Program-made: the position numbers and the translations under genes
Shown: positions 1 to 14,200 of the stretch, piece by piece
Layout of the letters: each line of letters starts with the position of its first letter
How positions within the stretch are numbered: position 1 is the stretch's first letter
Notes under the pieces: model-generated
What the model was told of the DNA's origin: nothing
Database searches by the model: none
The model's input: only the letters and a program-made list of their open reading frames with translations
Source: Acanthaster planci
Taxonomy: Eukaryota
Assembly (NCBI RefSeq): GCF_001949145.1
Contig: NW_019091358.1
Span: forward strand, 310,961-374,960
Length of the DNA stretch: 64,000 nucleotides
Direction: 5' to 3'

Positions 1-1629
1 TGTGGGCCAAGCTACCTTGAACCGAGACAGTGTTTGCCTGTGGGCCAAGCTACATCAAACATAACATCTATTGCAAGTGTGCGATACTGCATTGACAGTG
101 TGAATGTACATGTACATGTACACTGTACATATTGGCGTTCTGCCGATGACGTCATCAAATCAGCCTGGGAGCGTGAACGCCCAAAATAAAATGGGGATTT
201 TTTGTGGGCAGGGAAACACAGGATCTTTTTAATCATTTTTGGGTCGCGATTAATGGGGTAAACATTATGAATTTGTGATATTTTTGAAATGGTTACAAAT
301 TTACTGTTATTTTGAAATACTTCATGTGAACTAAATGCTTTCAATTTCTGTTAAACTTTTAATTAAGACATGTTTTTCTTGCGTCCCTTGAATGTGTTTC
401 CCTCAATGCCAAACGCAACTCAGTCATTATATTTGAACAAACAGTTTTACTCCCAGCTCGTTCTATCACGGCTTACTCCCTCCAAGAATTTAAAGTTGTG
501 TAAAGGCACGACCTCATACATGAACTCAGCATTTCAACTAAGAAATTCAGTGTGGCATTTGTTGATTTCCTCGGAAAGAGGCCAACTTTTTGCCTGATTT
601 TATTGGCATAACATTTGCATGTGAGATGTAGCATTCACCACATTTTCAATCTTTGAGGATTCATTGTTACACAATTCCTTAATGCACAATTTTAAATTTT
701 GTCCTGTTAAAAAAAATGAAGTATTTGAATAGGATCAGTTATTGCTGAAAAAACTTACACTTGTAAAAGAATGAACCCGACACCTTTCCAAGTAATTTTG
801 TCCCCTGCCTTAATATGTGTGCTGAATCTTCAGAGCACAGATAAAAGTTTTGGAAGTATTCCCCGTATTAAACTGATATTTGGGGGCCACACTTTTCAAA
901 CAAAAAAATAGGCTTTGATTCTGATTTAGATTTCCATTCCCCTAGCCCCCCCGGCCACCCTGTGACCCAAATAAAGCAGCAGGGACTTTTAAAAGGCTGA
1001 TGTGTCACCTTGCCTGTCTGTGCTTGGGCCTTCAAAGTATTTTAAAAGTAGGTACCAACAACCACATCTTCATCCCATGAGAGAAAAAAAACTCCATTGC
1101 TTATGAAAGGCAGTTGTTCTGGTATAAGTTCTACTTGAGAACTCTTTGTTTGGGGAATTGCTAAAAATGAAAAAAAAAAAGGATTCGGCATTGTTCAATG
1201 AATTTTCTGTGGTTCAGAGACTTGATAGTAAGAAAGTTAGAAATGGCTTAGAAGCAGCTGCAGCAATATCTGGCAGTGTCTGAGTTATTGGTCGTTCCTC
1301 TTACTGGTACAATTGACTACAATTTTTGTTTGATGTAATCCATTGCACTGGCTAAAATCAAAACAAATATACACTTCTTGAAACTATGTACTTCTGAAAT
1401 TAACAAGCTACATGTATTACGCATTATATAATCAACAATTGGTGACAGATTAGTTATTACAACTGCCTATGTTAAGATTACTGGCATTTAGTCACCATAT
1501 AAAAAAATCTTATTACACACTTTAATGCATGAATTTGTCCATTAAAATGAATATAATGCAGAGTAAAGCCTTCTGTTGGCAGTGTTGGCTTACTATTGTG
1601 AACACTTATCTTGACAGCTGGGGGGGGTA

Positions 1630-1800
1630 TGTGGCTTCCAATCATAGGGTTGGAGGTTCGAGTCCAGCTGCTGGCAGTATGTTGTGGCCCTTAGCAAGCC
1701 ACTTGCCTCTCTCCACCCAGGAGTATAAATGGGTACCAGCATTACCTGGGGAAAAAACTTGCGATGGACCGGCAATAGGGGGAATAGAAATATTCTCAGT
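1630..1800 (+). mobile_element. tRNA-derived SINE fragment with CORE/MIR-like body, probably in the ZFYVE26 3' UTR (antisense)
   Basis: Pol III B-box GGTTCGAGTCC at ~1655 followed by GTGGCCCTTAGCAAGCCACTT...CTCTCCACCCAGGAGTATAAATGGGTACC, a common invertebrate SINE body; ends approximate. Confidence 0.65.
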
Positions 1801-1904
1801 CGTTTCAGGTCAAAGAAACATCTAATGTCATGATAACACACTTCGATCACTGCTATGGGTAAACTCATGTGCTGGCATGTTAAAATCTGTCATGGTATTA
1901 CCCA

Positions 1905-2045
1905 ATCCACTGTCACAGTAACCTTGTGTACTGCCATGGCAACCTCATCCACTGCCACAGTAACCTTGTGTACTGCCATGGCAACCTCATCCACTGCCAC
2001 AGTAACCTTGTGTACTGCCATGGCAACCTCATCCACTGCCACAGT
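1905..2045. repeat. 42-bp minisatellite, ~3.4 copies, abutting the ZFYVE26 stop codon
   Basis: Unit ATCCACTGCCACAGTAACCTTGTGTACTGCCATGGCAACCTC, near-identical copies. Confidence 0.95.
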
Positions 2046-2276
2046 TTAACTCCGCTCCTGCTTGCTCCTCATCAGCAGCTCTTTGGTCTTCATCTCTCTC
2101 TGCCTCTTCTCGGCCTGGGATGCCAGCCAGCTCTCACAGATGGTTTTCATCTGTGCCTGGCTGGGCCCTGCTCGCTGGGCGGCACTCAGGATCCGCTGGA
2201 CGTCCTCCACCCGCTCTGCCTTGACGGCAATGAGGTAGGCCGACTTGAGCTTGCCGCACAGCATCAGGGCATTGAT
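2046..2276 (-). CDS. ZFYVE26: ZFYVE26 terminal coding exon 42 (INALMLCGKLKSAYLIAVK...QERS*)
   Basis: CAG acceptor, L.SAYLIAVK motif, TAA stop at 2046-2048. Confidence 0.92.
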   Translation of the reverse strand: MNALMLCGKLKSAYLIAVKAERVEDVQRILSAAQRAGPSQAQMKTICESWLASQAEKRQREMKTKELLMRSKQERS

Positions 2277-5200
2277 CTGAGCACAAACACAGGAATGCCT
2301 TCCATGAAGAATCTCTCACATTTCAATCACTTGGGAAAACAATGACCAGGAGACAGGGCAGGTGTGGAAAAAAATCAACTAAAAAAACCAAACAAAACAA
2401 ATCCCCCAAACAATGTAAAGAGTTCGTTAAGACATCTAACGCAGATGCAACTTCAGCATTTCAACAGCAAGTGGTCATTAAGATTTGACAATTTTCTTTC
2501 AGGACGAACATTTAGATACGTGCATACAAACTCCTGACAGAAGTGAACAGAATCAAGTCAACAGAAGTAACATGAATTGCCTATTCTGAGAGAGAGAGGG
2601 AGCTCGTCTCATTGAATAGTGTCAAAGGTTGACAATGAGGAGGCTGTCAGCCTGGGACTTGCATAATTTTAGTAGCCTTGGTTAAGCCCAGGCAGGGTTT
2701 CTAGCCAAAACATCCTGGGAGGGTTAGTGCTTGCAGTAGTATAAAGAAGCATAGGCATCACTTCAAAGATGGTCCAATGAACTAATCCTTCCAGTTCTGA
2801 ATCCTGACCTCTACTACTTAAGTCCCCCACATCAGCATGAGTCTGGCTGTCTCCCGATGACAAAACACAGCACACTGTTTGAAATAACTAGTTCTTCTTA
2901 GAACCACAAATCCTCCAAACGTACTTCCATGGCGTTACTGCAAACTTTCCAGATTTTATCATCTTCCTGTTCCCCCCCCCCAAAAAAGGATCAGTTCTAT
3001 TGACTGGATATACCTTGTTGGTGTCACTCTTGATGAGTTTTATCAGGCCCTCCACCTCCTTTGTCTGGCTGCTATCACTGGCTAACACTCTGACACAGGC
3101 GTCCAGTATCTCATCGCAGCACTGGTCATTGGACAGCCCGGTATTCCGCACACAGACCAGCAGCTGATGGATGTCTTTGTACTTGTGCTGCGCAGCTAGC
3201 CGCCGACCAATGTGGCTGTATATCAGTGTGTCGGGAAGACGGAAGTCCTGGAAACAAATTTGAACGCAGAAAGTAAAAACAGAACAGAAAACAAACAATT
3301 AGAAGCAAACTTATTAACTATTCTGCAATTCCAGATTTCAGGACCTGATATCGTAAATCACAGCATGTATTGCATTGGCTGTTCAGAACATTTTGCCAAC
3401 TGGTAATAACAATAACGTCAAAATAACTCTCTTCATTTTATACGACAGATTCCCCAGAACAACACTGCAATGCCCGTTCCATCTATGAATCAATAACTAC
3501 TCTAATTGTTAATAATTAATCATTTCTAGGCGCAGCTTCTCTGTTTAGTTTGCAGTTGAATACAAGCAGATCTATTCTCTCACCTGAATGATCTGGAATG
3601 CCATCAGGAAGCCATCATTCACCGATGGACCAGCCAGAAGAACCTAAAATCAATCCATAACATGAATCTATTGAACAAGGCAAGGACCTTCCTTTCAAAA
3701 GTTTACAGGCAAGTTTAAACACCTACAGCTATTGCACAAAAAAGCCATCTTGAAATTTCAAATAATGCCAATTCCTTGTGGTACCTACACGACCAGTGCC
3801 ATTTTTGACAAGTTCAATTTTGTTTCTAGTTAAGTGCAACAAGCTTTGAGACCATTTTTTTAATATTCTGCTCAGGAAAACAGATTGCACAGCAAAAGTC
3901 AGCTGCTGGTAACCTGTTTTTGTTGCTATAAAGCAAGGTTCTCTGTGCTTATCCACCCCATGTTGAATGTGCATCCCCAAGCAGCAAAAGAAAGACAGAT
4001 GGTGGTTAAGTTTTCTTGCACGCGTTCTGCATGTACATAAAGACCATACATTATGGGATAAATCTGGTGTGCACAACATGCTCCGCATCAAACGCGCTAT
4101 TGATCCCATTTTAAATGCACGCTTATACAGTGAGTACCCAATAAACACGCCCTCTTTTGTTGTGCTCGGAGTGGATTACTTTCACATGCTGTGCAGCATA
4201 GTACTGATTCCACTGCCACCTGCAAAAATCGTTTTGTGGCCAGAAACCAAGCTTCATGAGATTGACCAATGATAAAAACGGCTGAAAACAGCTGAAAAAT
4301 GGCATGAAGAAGCTGAACTGTGAAAATCTCCTATACTTTTGTACACAGCCAGTGAGGAAAAAAAGCTGAAATCAGCTAGAAAGGTGAGAAATCTTACCCT
4401 TGATCATCATACTCATCAGGATAAGCCACTCTAGAAATGCGACACATCTGAACCCTGATTCACTGATGGGTCACGACTCAAAAAGCCCGCTCCACGGGTC
4501 ACTTTTTAGGTTCAAAATACTAGCTGGGCACTCACCCTGTAGGCCACCTCGGCCTTGACCTTGCTATTGCCAAACAGTGTGGGTAGCTGCTCCCCACGGC
4601 CGGGCTCCGCCCCCTGGCTGGAACCTAGCAGGGAAGACTTCCCTGATGATGCCATCCTATGCAGGAGCTTGGTGACCTCTATCTGCTGGCTGATGGTGTT
4701 CATGTGACTGCGACAGAGAAAGATGAGTGGTTTAATGACCAAGCATCCACAACACAACTCGCAAGGGACTGTAATACGAAGTTCACACTCAAACATAGTT
4801 TGGGCAAACGATCTCTGCATTTGAATATTGTAGAGATCCAGGATAGAATTTTCTCCATGAAAACACAGATGACAATCCAAGAGGACTCACAGCCCCTTGT
4901 CCAAACAACTTACAATCACTGATTTTTTTTCTAGAAATCCCCCATACCCCATCAATTAATTTAAATTGAGACTTTTCACAATTTTCAAGCCTGAATCCTT
5001 TCATTATTGATTAAAAAATCATTTTAAAAAATATAAATAAGCCAGTCTTTTTACAAACATTTATGGACACTTTTTCAGTGTTCATATTGGATCCATTCTA
5101 ACACTCCAGGACCAAGTCACAGAGTGATATTTGCTACAACAGTGTGTATAATGTGGCCAAGTTGAAAACATATGCATCTAGCCATTCCTGAAAATCAGGT

Positions 5201-8200
5201 AAAACCCAGAAATTTTTTTTCTTCTCCAGTTGGGGAAAAAGTGAAAATTTGAGAAAATGCTTCAAATCGAGGAAAAGTCTGGGAATTTGATAAGGTCAAA
5301 AAGAGAAAATGTGATGCCTCTCAGGCTCCACTGCAACATGGAAAACAGGAAATTGGTTGAAACAATTAGACTGGGGAATTTTGGAAACTCCTAAAGGAAC
5401 ACTCATGGAAATATCAGGGAATTCTTCTTTTATACAATGTGGGAACCCTGTTTGTGTAAGTTGTGTGAATAAAAAAACATATGGCAAATTGACAGCACAA
5501 TGCCTGATCATGTCTTCCGTGAGACTTTCACTGAAAATCATTGTGGGTGAACAGTCCTCGGGCGTTTAATAATACGGCTCCTTACTTTGTAAGTTGAGAG
5601 GGTGTCATCATCAGCCTAATGTTTGCATCGCTAGCTGGTGCCCAAGACGGAGTGCTGCCTTTGGCTATGGAGCTGGTCATGGGTGGCCTCGGAACACTGT
5701 CCCACTGCTTCTCGTCCAGCACAGCCTTCATATGCTCCTTGGCTTTAGTCAGGTAGTGGAGGCGGTCAAAGAGGTCCGAGTAGGTCTTGGCACCAGACTG
5801 GTAGAACTTGATGCAGGTCATGGATGCGCGGACAAAATCCTAAGGGAACAAGGGATGAATATGAAGAAAGGATAAGAGATAAGAACAGTGTTTCCAGCCT
5901 CTCGTTTTCGACCAAATTCTTAGAAATTATTATTATTAAAGGCATTATATGGGTGTATGCATCAAAGGATCTACATTTGAATTGTCCCACTGTCCGCATG
6001 GTAACAGGTAAAATACTTTGAAACACTTTCGCCAACTAGACATCATTTCTTACTGTCACCAGCAAACACGGCCAATCCAACAAAAAAAGCTACAAATGAT
6101 TTTTTCCAGAATACACCATGGAAATACCGTCTCTATCAGAGATTCTCATTGGCCTAGTCCACTGTTTACGCACGAAAACGTTTACCTTCATGAAGAGCTG
6201 TACATTGTAGAGAACATGAGCCAAACTGTGGGCGTTGAGGTATCGACACATCACCGTGAGGTAGTTGTTCCAGGCGGCCAAGGTGGGATCCTGGTGCAGC
6301 ATCTCGGTCTGCAGGTCACGTAACTTGCCCTGCTTCATGCAGGGTACCAGCAGACCCTCCAGGAAGACTTCGCTGGAACAGTGCTGTGGAAATCGACAGT
6401 TTCAGTTTTTGGACGTTATTACACGCTCATGTGGAGAACATTGTGTTTCAAAGAGCAGCGGGTAATGAGGGGGCAGGGCCTCAAACTTTGTCCAGGTTCA
6501 TGGGTGAAAATCTTTTAATGAGATAAATATTTTAATGAATCCTTTTCCAAGTTGTTGGCAATTGTGTCTGGCTGATATGAATGTTCTCGATATTCAGACC
6601 CTCTTTGAAAACAATTTTGCAAGCTCTTCGTTGGAATTATTCCTCATTTGAATAGACCACATATCTGGAGTGAAATGCGACTAGAAACAACAAGCAAGTC
6701 ACATGGACGGTTATTGTCCAATCAAACTGAAGATCACTGAATAGAAGCAGGCAACAGTCTTTAGCTTGGGTAATAACTTGATCAGACTTAGGAGATGTTA
6801 AGGAAGCAATGGACATGCAGACCCTTTGCCACTTTGGGATCGCTAGTTAAAGCAGATTTTGTCTCTGAGGTAAGCATGTTCTCAGCGGTGGCCTCCTTGG
6901 CAGAAAACAGTGCCCTCAGTAGAGAAATGAACGTTTGTACATGTACCCAGCGATCTTTCAACCACAGATTTGCTTGTGCCATAAAAAGCATGTTTCAATT
7001 CCAGAGTGCATCTGACATTAAAGTGTGGCACCGGGCAGTCATGTCTACTTTAAGTGGCATGGCCTAGTTAGTCTACTGACAGCTACTAGTCCCAGACGGG
7101 AATCTGTCTCTACCTGGTGTAGGATGTACGAGACGGCCAACGACAACCTGTTGTGTTGATGGTAGAACTGCACCATGGAGATGTGAGGGCAGTAGGTGGT
7201 TATGTAAAAGTGGCATTCTTGGAGAGCTGGATTGTCCAAGGGGTTGCCAGTGAATGAGGCCTATGTAGGCAGAAATTACATCCAAAAATTTAAGCCTTTT
7301 CCTCTTTAATACCAGGCTGTGAATGGAAATACTTTATTCCTGTGTAGACTTCTTTTCAAAATGTTTGGTACTTTTACTTTGGACTATTTAAACTCCCTTG
7401 CAATACAGCTGTGTAGCAGTTAAATGCATCCCAAGTATTTCATAGTAATCAGAAATCTTCATAAGTAATTATGTCTTTACAAGAAGTCAGAAGTCTTCAT
7501 AAGATGTCACGTCTTCACAAGTATTCACAAGTCTTGTCCAATGGAATAAGTAGTCACAAGTCTTTCACAAGTAGTCACAAGTCTTTCTAAGACTTCACAA
7601 GACATCACAAGTCTTCAAAAGTAGTCATAAGTCTTTCACAAGAAAACACAAGGAATCTGAAGCAGCCTTGTTTCAATGTTACCCCAAAGCTACTCCACAC
7701 ATTAGAGTTGAACAAAGACATTTTGTTATTACAGCTTACTAACCATTGGGGAAAGTAATTGATAGCAATACTTATGAAAACTAGTGAAAAACACTATGAA
7801 ATACTGACCGTGACCGTGAAAAAAATTGGTTAAATCAGGTATCTCTGATTGCAGAAAGAAAACCCCACTGCCAGAAAATAACAGAAAAGTAACTAGTCAT
7901 ACAAAAATTTGAATTCTGAAGAAGAGCTTGAATACAGGTTTCAACCTAACCACTCAGACTTCGTGCACAAACTGTTCAGGGCGGTATTTTGTGGACTCCC
8001 AGGACACTTACAGTGTAACCAATCTCTACCCTTCATAGTGAAACCAAACAATGTCCCAGCTGGAGTGCACAATAATACAGCATAGGATGTGCTCTCACCA
8101 AAAGAATGTCTACATCATAACTATAAGTGTCTGGACACGTTTAAAGGCGCAGTAAAAATGCTTACACTTGTTGGTTCTGCTATGAAGTCTCTGATGGAGG

Positions 8201-11200
8201 TCACCGAGGCACTCAGGATTGCTTGAGCCTGTCAGAATGACCAATTTTTCGGGGAATAAGCAACTCAATGAACTTGAATTTCAAGGGTTACGGTCGAGCA
8301 ACGATGAGCACTTATTACAGTACTGACATCTGTGGAGAGCAGTTACAGAATTTACAGAAAATCCTAACTCAATCACTTAGTCAATCATGAAAACGACTAA
8401 AGAGGAACACCATGAGAAATGTAGGTGATTGGACATGAGGAAGTCAGAACAACAAGTTTTCACCAAAATAATTAACTCAATAAAATTGAAAGTATCACTG
8501 TACAAGCACTGGCAGAATAAACAAAACATAATAAACACAAACAAAACTCCTAATTGAATAAATTAGTTGATCACAAAAAAAGAAGAAAGGAAAAAGAACG
8601 AGAACTGTTGATGTTTCACACCGTGTCAGCTTGGGATGCTGATGTCTCCAGATACTGTATAATGTCGGTTAGCAGTTTGGAGGTCACACTCATCACGTTC
8701 TTGTCACTTGGTGGCTACAAAAGACAACGTGGGGGGAAACTGTTGACAAACGTGTTTCCATGGCCTCAGACATAAACAAATGGAAAGAACCGTAAGCATC
8801 ATCCTTAAGGGATACCACACAAAATTTTGAAGAGATGGTCAGATCTGAGAGGGGTGACAGAACTCAACTCACAAACCAGGCTTGCTCTGAAATAAAGCAA
8901 CTGTCCACTCAACACATAAGTCAAGATTTCTCAATAAGTGATATCCACAGCCAAAATCATACAGCTACGTACCAGTCATTAGCAAAATACATTTCCCTAA
9001 CTTTCTGGCAAGTAACCTTTCTCTGCTAAGCAAATTAGCATGTGCTAAGTCTAGCTACCTTGAGTATCCTGGCAAACTTCTCCCTTGCTCCCTGGTAGTC
9101 GCCAGCCCTCAGACAGCTGATTCCCCATGCTGACCAGACAGCCGATGCATCCAGGCCGCATTTTGTGGATACCTCCGCCGCCAGCTGCAGCCGCTCTGCA
9201 AGGACCAGACGATCCCTCACTTGCCTGAAACATGACAATGACAGACTTTCTCATAGTGGTTTCAAAGAAGACAGTCAGGGCGGAAGAGGAGGTGGGCTTA
9301 CAGAAATCTTTGTAAATGCAGATCCAAGTCACAAGCAAACTCAATAAATCAACAGACCTCCTGTAACTGTTCCTTCCACTTTAATCCACCACAGGGAAGT
9401 TAATCAGAAGTCAAATGTAAGGTTTGGTCAAGAGATAGTTCACACGGGATGAACAATGGCAAAGGAATGAAAGGAATTCTTTACTTGTTTATGTAAATAA
9501 ATGTGACTTGACATATAACTGAATGACTTGGGATTGACTAGTGATCAATTGAGACTTGGTTAAACTTCCCCATATCTTCCTGTGTTTCTCGATACTCATA
9601 ATAGAGTAAGTGCTTGTGACTCAATCTGCAGAGTTAGCAATACAAAGCTGATAAATGCTTAGTATGTAAGCCTTCTTACTCTTAACAGACTCAGTTGATT
9701 CAAAAGCTCAAACAGTTGTCCCATTCACAATGGTGTCACTCAACATAACATACACTCATTAATCAAGTACTAATTACTCACCTTGCAGAGCTCAAACAGT
9801 TGTCCCACCCATGATGGTGTCACTTAACACAACATACACTCATTAATCAAGTACTCATTACTCACCTTGCAGAGCTCAAACAGTTGTCCCACTCACAATG
9901 GTGTCAATCAACATAACATGCCCATTAATCAAGTACTCGTTACTCACCTTGCAGTGTCAACAATACAGAACTGATGAATGCCAAGTCTGACCGCTTTCTA
10001 ACTCCTTACAGATTCAACCTGGAAGGAAAGATCTTATGCTTGTCCCTTATCATAATGTAGTCTCTCAAAGCAGAGTAAGCACTCGTTACTCAAGTACTCC
10101 TTACTCACCTTGCTGAGTCAGCATTAGCCAGCTGTTGTATGCTGGGTATGTCAGCACAGTTACTCCTGACAAACAAACTCAGCAGATCCACAAAGCTCCT
10201 GTAGCTGTCACATAGCTCAATGCTACTGCTGTCGCCATCTTTGATGAAATGCAGCTTGGCATTAAACAGGAGAGTCTTCATCATACTATCAAATGAAAAA
10301 GTAATAGTATTTGGAAAGATGGGGAAAAGTAGACTGTGTGATACATTCAATTGGGTTTAAATTAGTCTGACGAAAGGTTAATTCTTTTACAAACTGACAT
10401 AATACTCTAAGTCTTATTTGATGTCGACAAAGGATTCCTTTAAACAAGTCGCAAATCTGATAGACAGGCAAAATATTTTTAAATTGAAATTGTTATTCTC
10501 CTGTTTACAAAACTGTCAATATGTATAGATAAGCATTTCTTTATAACTAATTTTCTTAAGAGGGCCAGAAAAATCACAAAAATGTTCCTTATTTAAATTA
10601 TTAAAATTGTCATCACTTCTCCAGATTTGTTGAGACTAAGTTAATTTATCAACGTATCCAAGTGTAACCAATCTTTAGTTTAACTACCAGGAAATAAAAG
10701 ATACAGGTAAAATTCATTACTGTCACAACACCAGGTTTGTGGTCTCGATTCATCACCTTATGATGAGGTTGTAGTCTACTTCTGGGTTGGGCACGCCTGG
10801 TCGGATTGGTCTTAAATACTCCGACAGGTCTCGGCATATTTGTAGGATCAGCGTGCCGCAGGTGCTGTGGTCACTATGAAGGTCCAGAATGGACAGGCAC
10901 ACCGATGTACTTGGAGCCTATCAAGGTGGGAAACCGGAATAAGTAGGAAACTGAACAAAAATTACTGGAATGAGCAAGGAGAGTGACTAGGATTGAGGAT
11001 GGTTAGATGAGGCGAGGGTGATGGGGAGAACTGGAACAGGTCAACGGGAAGAGGCTAGATGAGGTTAGTTGATGACTGATGTAGCCCGTTGCAACGTGAA
11101 CAGAGACGGTAAAGTGACAGCGGAAACTGCTTTAGGGTACACTTGAAAAAGGCAAGATGAGGTAAGGTGAGAGACCACACTGGTAAGAAATACAGGTGGG

Positions 11201-14200
11201 AGGAGTTAAGGCTATGGATCATGCTGGGACCATAGAAAGAGGCTACACGAAGTAAACTGATGGTTGATCAAGCTGGTAAGAGTCTGTCAGACAGGGGCTT
11301 AATGAGATTAAGCGATGGATCAAGCTGGTTAGAGTATGCTGTAGTGAGGCTATGTGAGGTGAGGTGAAGACTGGTGAATTTGGTAGGAATGTGCTGGACT
11401 AAGGATAGACAAGTCAGGGTGATAGATCAAGCTTGCAAATGTATACTGGACAGATGTTAGACCAGGTAAGGTGATGACAGGTGAATCTGGTAAAGAANNN
11501 NNNNNNNNNNNNNNNNNNNNNNNNNNNNNNNNNNNNNNNNNNNNNNNNNNNNNNNCACAACTGGTAAGAGTAAGCATACAGGAAGCTGGATGACTGAGGC
11601 AGAGCGATGATTGGTGAAATGAAGGAAAGTGTTCTGGAGAGATCAGCTGATGTGGAGTGGTGTTCTAGACATCTCCAGTGCTGGTAAACCTGACGACACT
11701 GACCTGCTCGTAGTAGAAGTCCTCCCTGATCAGCGTGTTGTACACATCGTCCAGGGTCAGCTGCCACTCCATGCCTGCCATGAGTAGAGTGTCCGCCCCT
11801 CCCGACTGGACGCTGGTAAAGCTGGAGCCAGCGACGGGCATGCGATGCTGCCACGAGCTCGGCGAGGGTGTGCGCTTGCCAGGGGAAAGCCTGCCGGCAG
11901 GCGAATGTCTACTGTCTGGAGAATGTGGCACAATTTGTTTTACAAAGGTTATTTCAAACTTTTAGCTTTGTGTGAAATAATGGACATGATAGGCAAATAC
12001 AAATGATCAACTTTGTGTATAAAGCTCTTGGTGACATAGCTCAAGAGGTTCCTTTTGCCTCGTATAAAGGTTCTGTACGAAGCTCTGAATGATGTTCTTC
12101 TTCAATCTAACAAAATATTGGACAGTTTATATGTAATTCTACATAACCTCTGGGAAGAGATAAAATTGAAGCCCGCCTTGTGTTTGATCTTTAATACTAA
12201 TGTGATCATCATCCAGCAAGTCTAATCTGGCACTCACACTGTGAGGACTTGGCCAAAATGTCAAATGTAAAACACAGCTGGTGAAAAGTAAACAAAATTC
12301 ATTCAAGAAAGATAACATTTGAATGAACATGACTCAGGGCAAATAAGAAAGAATAAGATGTTTATGATGAACACGATGCTTTAAGATTAAAAGAATAACA
12401 TGTACAGGTATTTGTATCACTTACCTGGTTGCTTAGCCTTTAGTCGTTGTTCCAAAGAGGACATGTTACTGTTCTGTGGCCTGTCAGAAAATTGAACAGA
12501 GGAAACCAAGAATTCAAGCCGACTGACATCCTCCATGCTTGCCACAAAGTAAAAAATTATGGAAGCTGTAGAAAGCTGGTCTCTGATACTTGTAGGCATT
12601 ACGGTTCACACTTTTCTTAGCTTTTACCGGAAAGGAACTTGCCCACACTGATCGGAAAGAGACTGCGGGGTTAGCTGAAAGGTACCTGGGCATGATGAAG
12701 GTCTGGTAGCACTGATCACATACTCGCACTGGTGCGTCACCGTAGCCTTCCACCACAGCCTTGAGTTGGGAGCAACGCCAGCACACGACACGGCCGCAGC
12801 GTCTGCAGTGATGACGCCTGTTGAACTATAAGCCAAAAAGAACAAAAAAAATTTAAGTTTTAGCACCTAAGGCAGCCTCTTATGAATGCAAAGATGGGAA
12901 ACATACAGACAGTGTACCTCACCAAAGTAATCTCCACCATTCCCTTGTTTTTTAAGTCCAAGAGAACGCGTAATCTCTGCATATATTGAAATTGAACGTG
13001 CAGTCTTGATTGTAATGAATATGGTCTCTTGAGACGAGCTACCACAATGTTACACAGGATATGTGTCCCAAAGAATATCCCTGGAGGTCATGATGAAGTG
13101 TTCCATTCATGAGGTCACAGTTTTACTCTAAACCTCTAATGGACATCACTTCTCCCCTACTATTTATTAACATGGTACGTGTATTTAAAGCTTTAATCCA
13201 TTATTTTGAAGATCTTCACCAAAAATTTGTAACATAGTACTGGCATTATACATTATTTTGCTTGAAACTGGGTCATTCTACATATTAGGGGTCCAATTTT
13301 TTTTGCATCCTTGTCACATCTGACATATGACTTGATAAGTTCAGAATGCATTCTGTAATTTCCAAGAGTGATGAATGCAAATTCCCTGTCAAACAAATAG
13401 AAATACTTTGAAATCAATTTCAGTGATACCGGTATTTCAAATTACACAGGTCAGGTGTCACAGGGACACAAAAATGTCACACTTTTGGACCCTGAATTTA
13501 TAGAATGACCCAACTGCTACTTGTATTTTTAAAATGTTTGTGGAATGGAAATAATTCAAAGCTCCTACATGTATTTGTCATGTTCTGCCTTTAACTGCAT
13601 TTAGCAAAGGTTTGGCTCCAAAACAGTAAAAGGTGTTTTTAACAGAATGTCAAAAAGTGCCTCTAACAGTATGCCTTTTGGTACATTCACAATAAGTTGT
13701 ATTTCCTGCTATAGGAGACCAGACAACTCACCATACTAAAACGTTCCTCTTTGCACACCATACAATGTGTCTCCTTCAAGTCTGGTACCCAGTCCTCTCT
13801 CTTGGGTGGTGCATCAGGCAGACCCGTAGCTTCCTTCATTGGCCGAGCCACTGAGGAAACAGTATGAGACTCTACGCTGCTCCCCGACACATGGGCTGAG
13901 ACGGATATTTTCTGAGGGGTTGTGGCGACCTGCGAAGACTGACCACGCGGGGACAAGCCTTTTGACACACTGCGTATTGAAGGTGTAGGGCTTGGTGCTG
14001 ATAAGAAAGCACAAATATCAGCATATAAGTCACACTGTAATCTGGTCAAAGTCTTTCAATATAGAGCCTCCTGTCCCTCAGTCTGAAGAGTAGTCACAAG
14101 ACAAACGATCCTGCTGAGAACATGAAAAAGTGCAACACATTTCCACTGACGCAAAGAAAAAAAATTCTTTTTTGAAGTCAAATTTCTTCCGTACTCACAT

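Noticed and set aside
10930..11690. Purine-rich intron with many GGTAAG/GGTGAG motifs on the plus strand
   Set aside because: Antisense to the gene, degenerate low-complexity sequence with a gap and no coherent structure.
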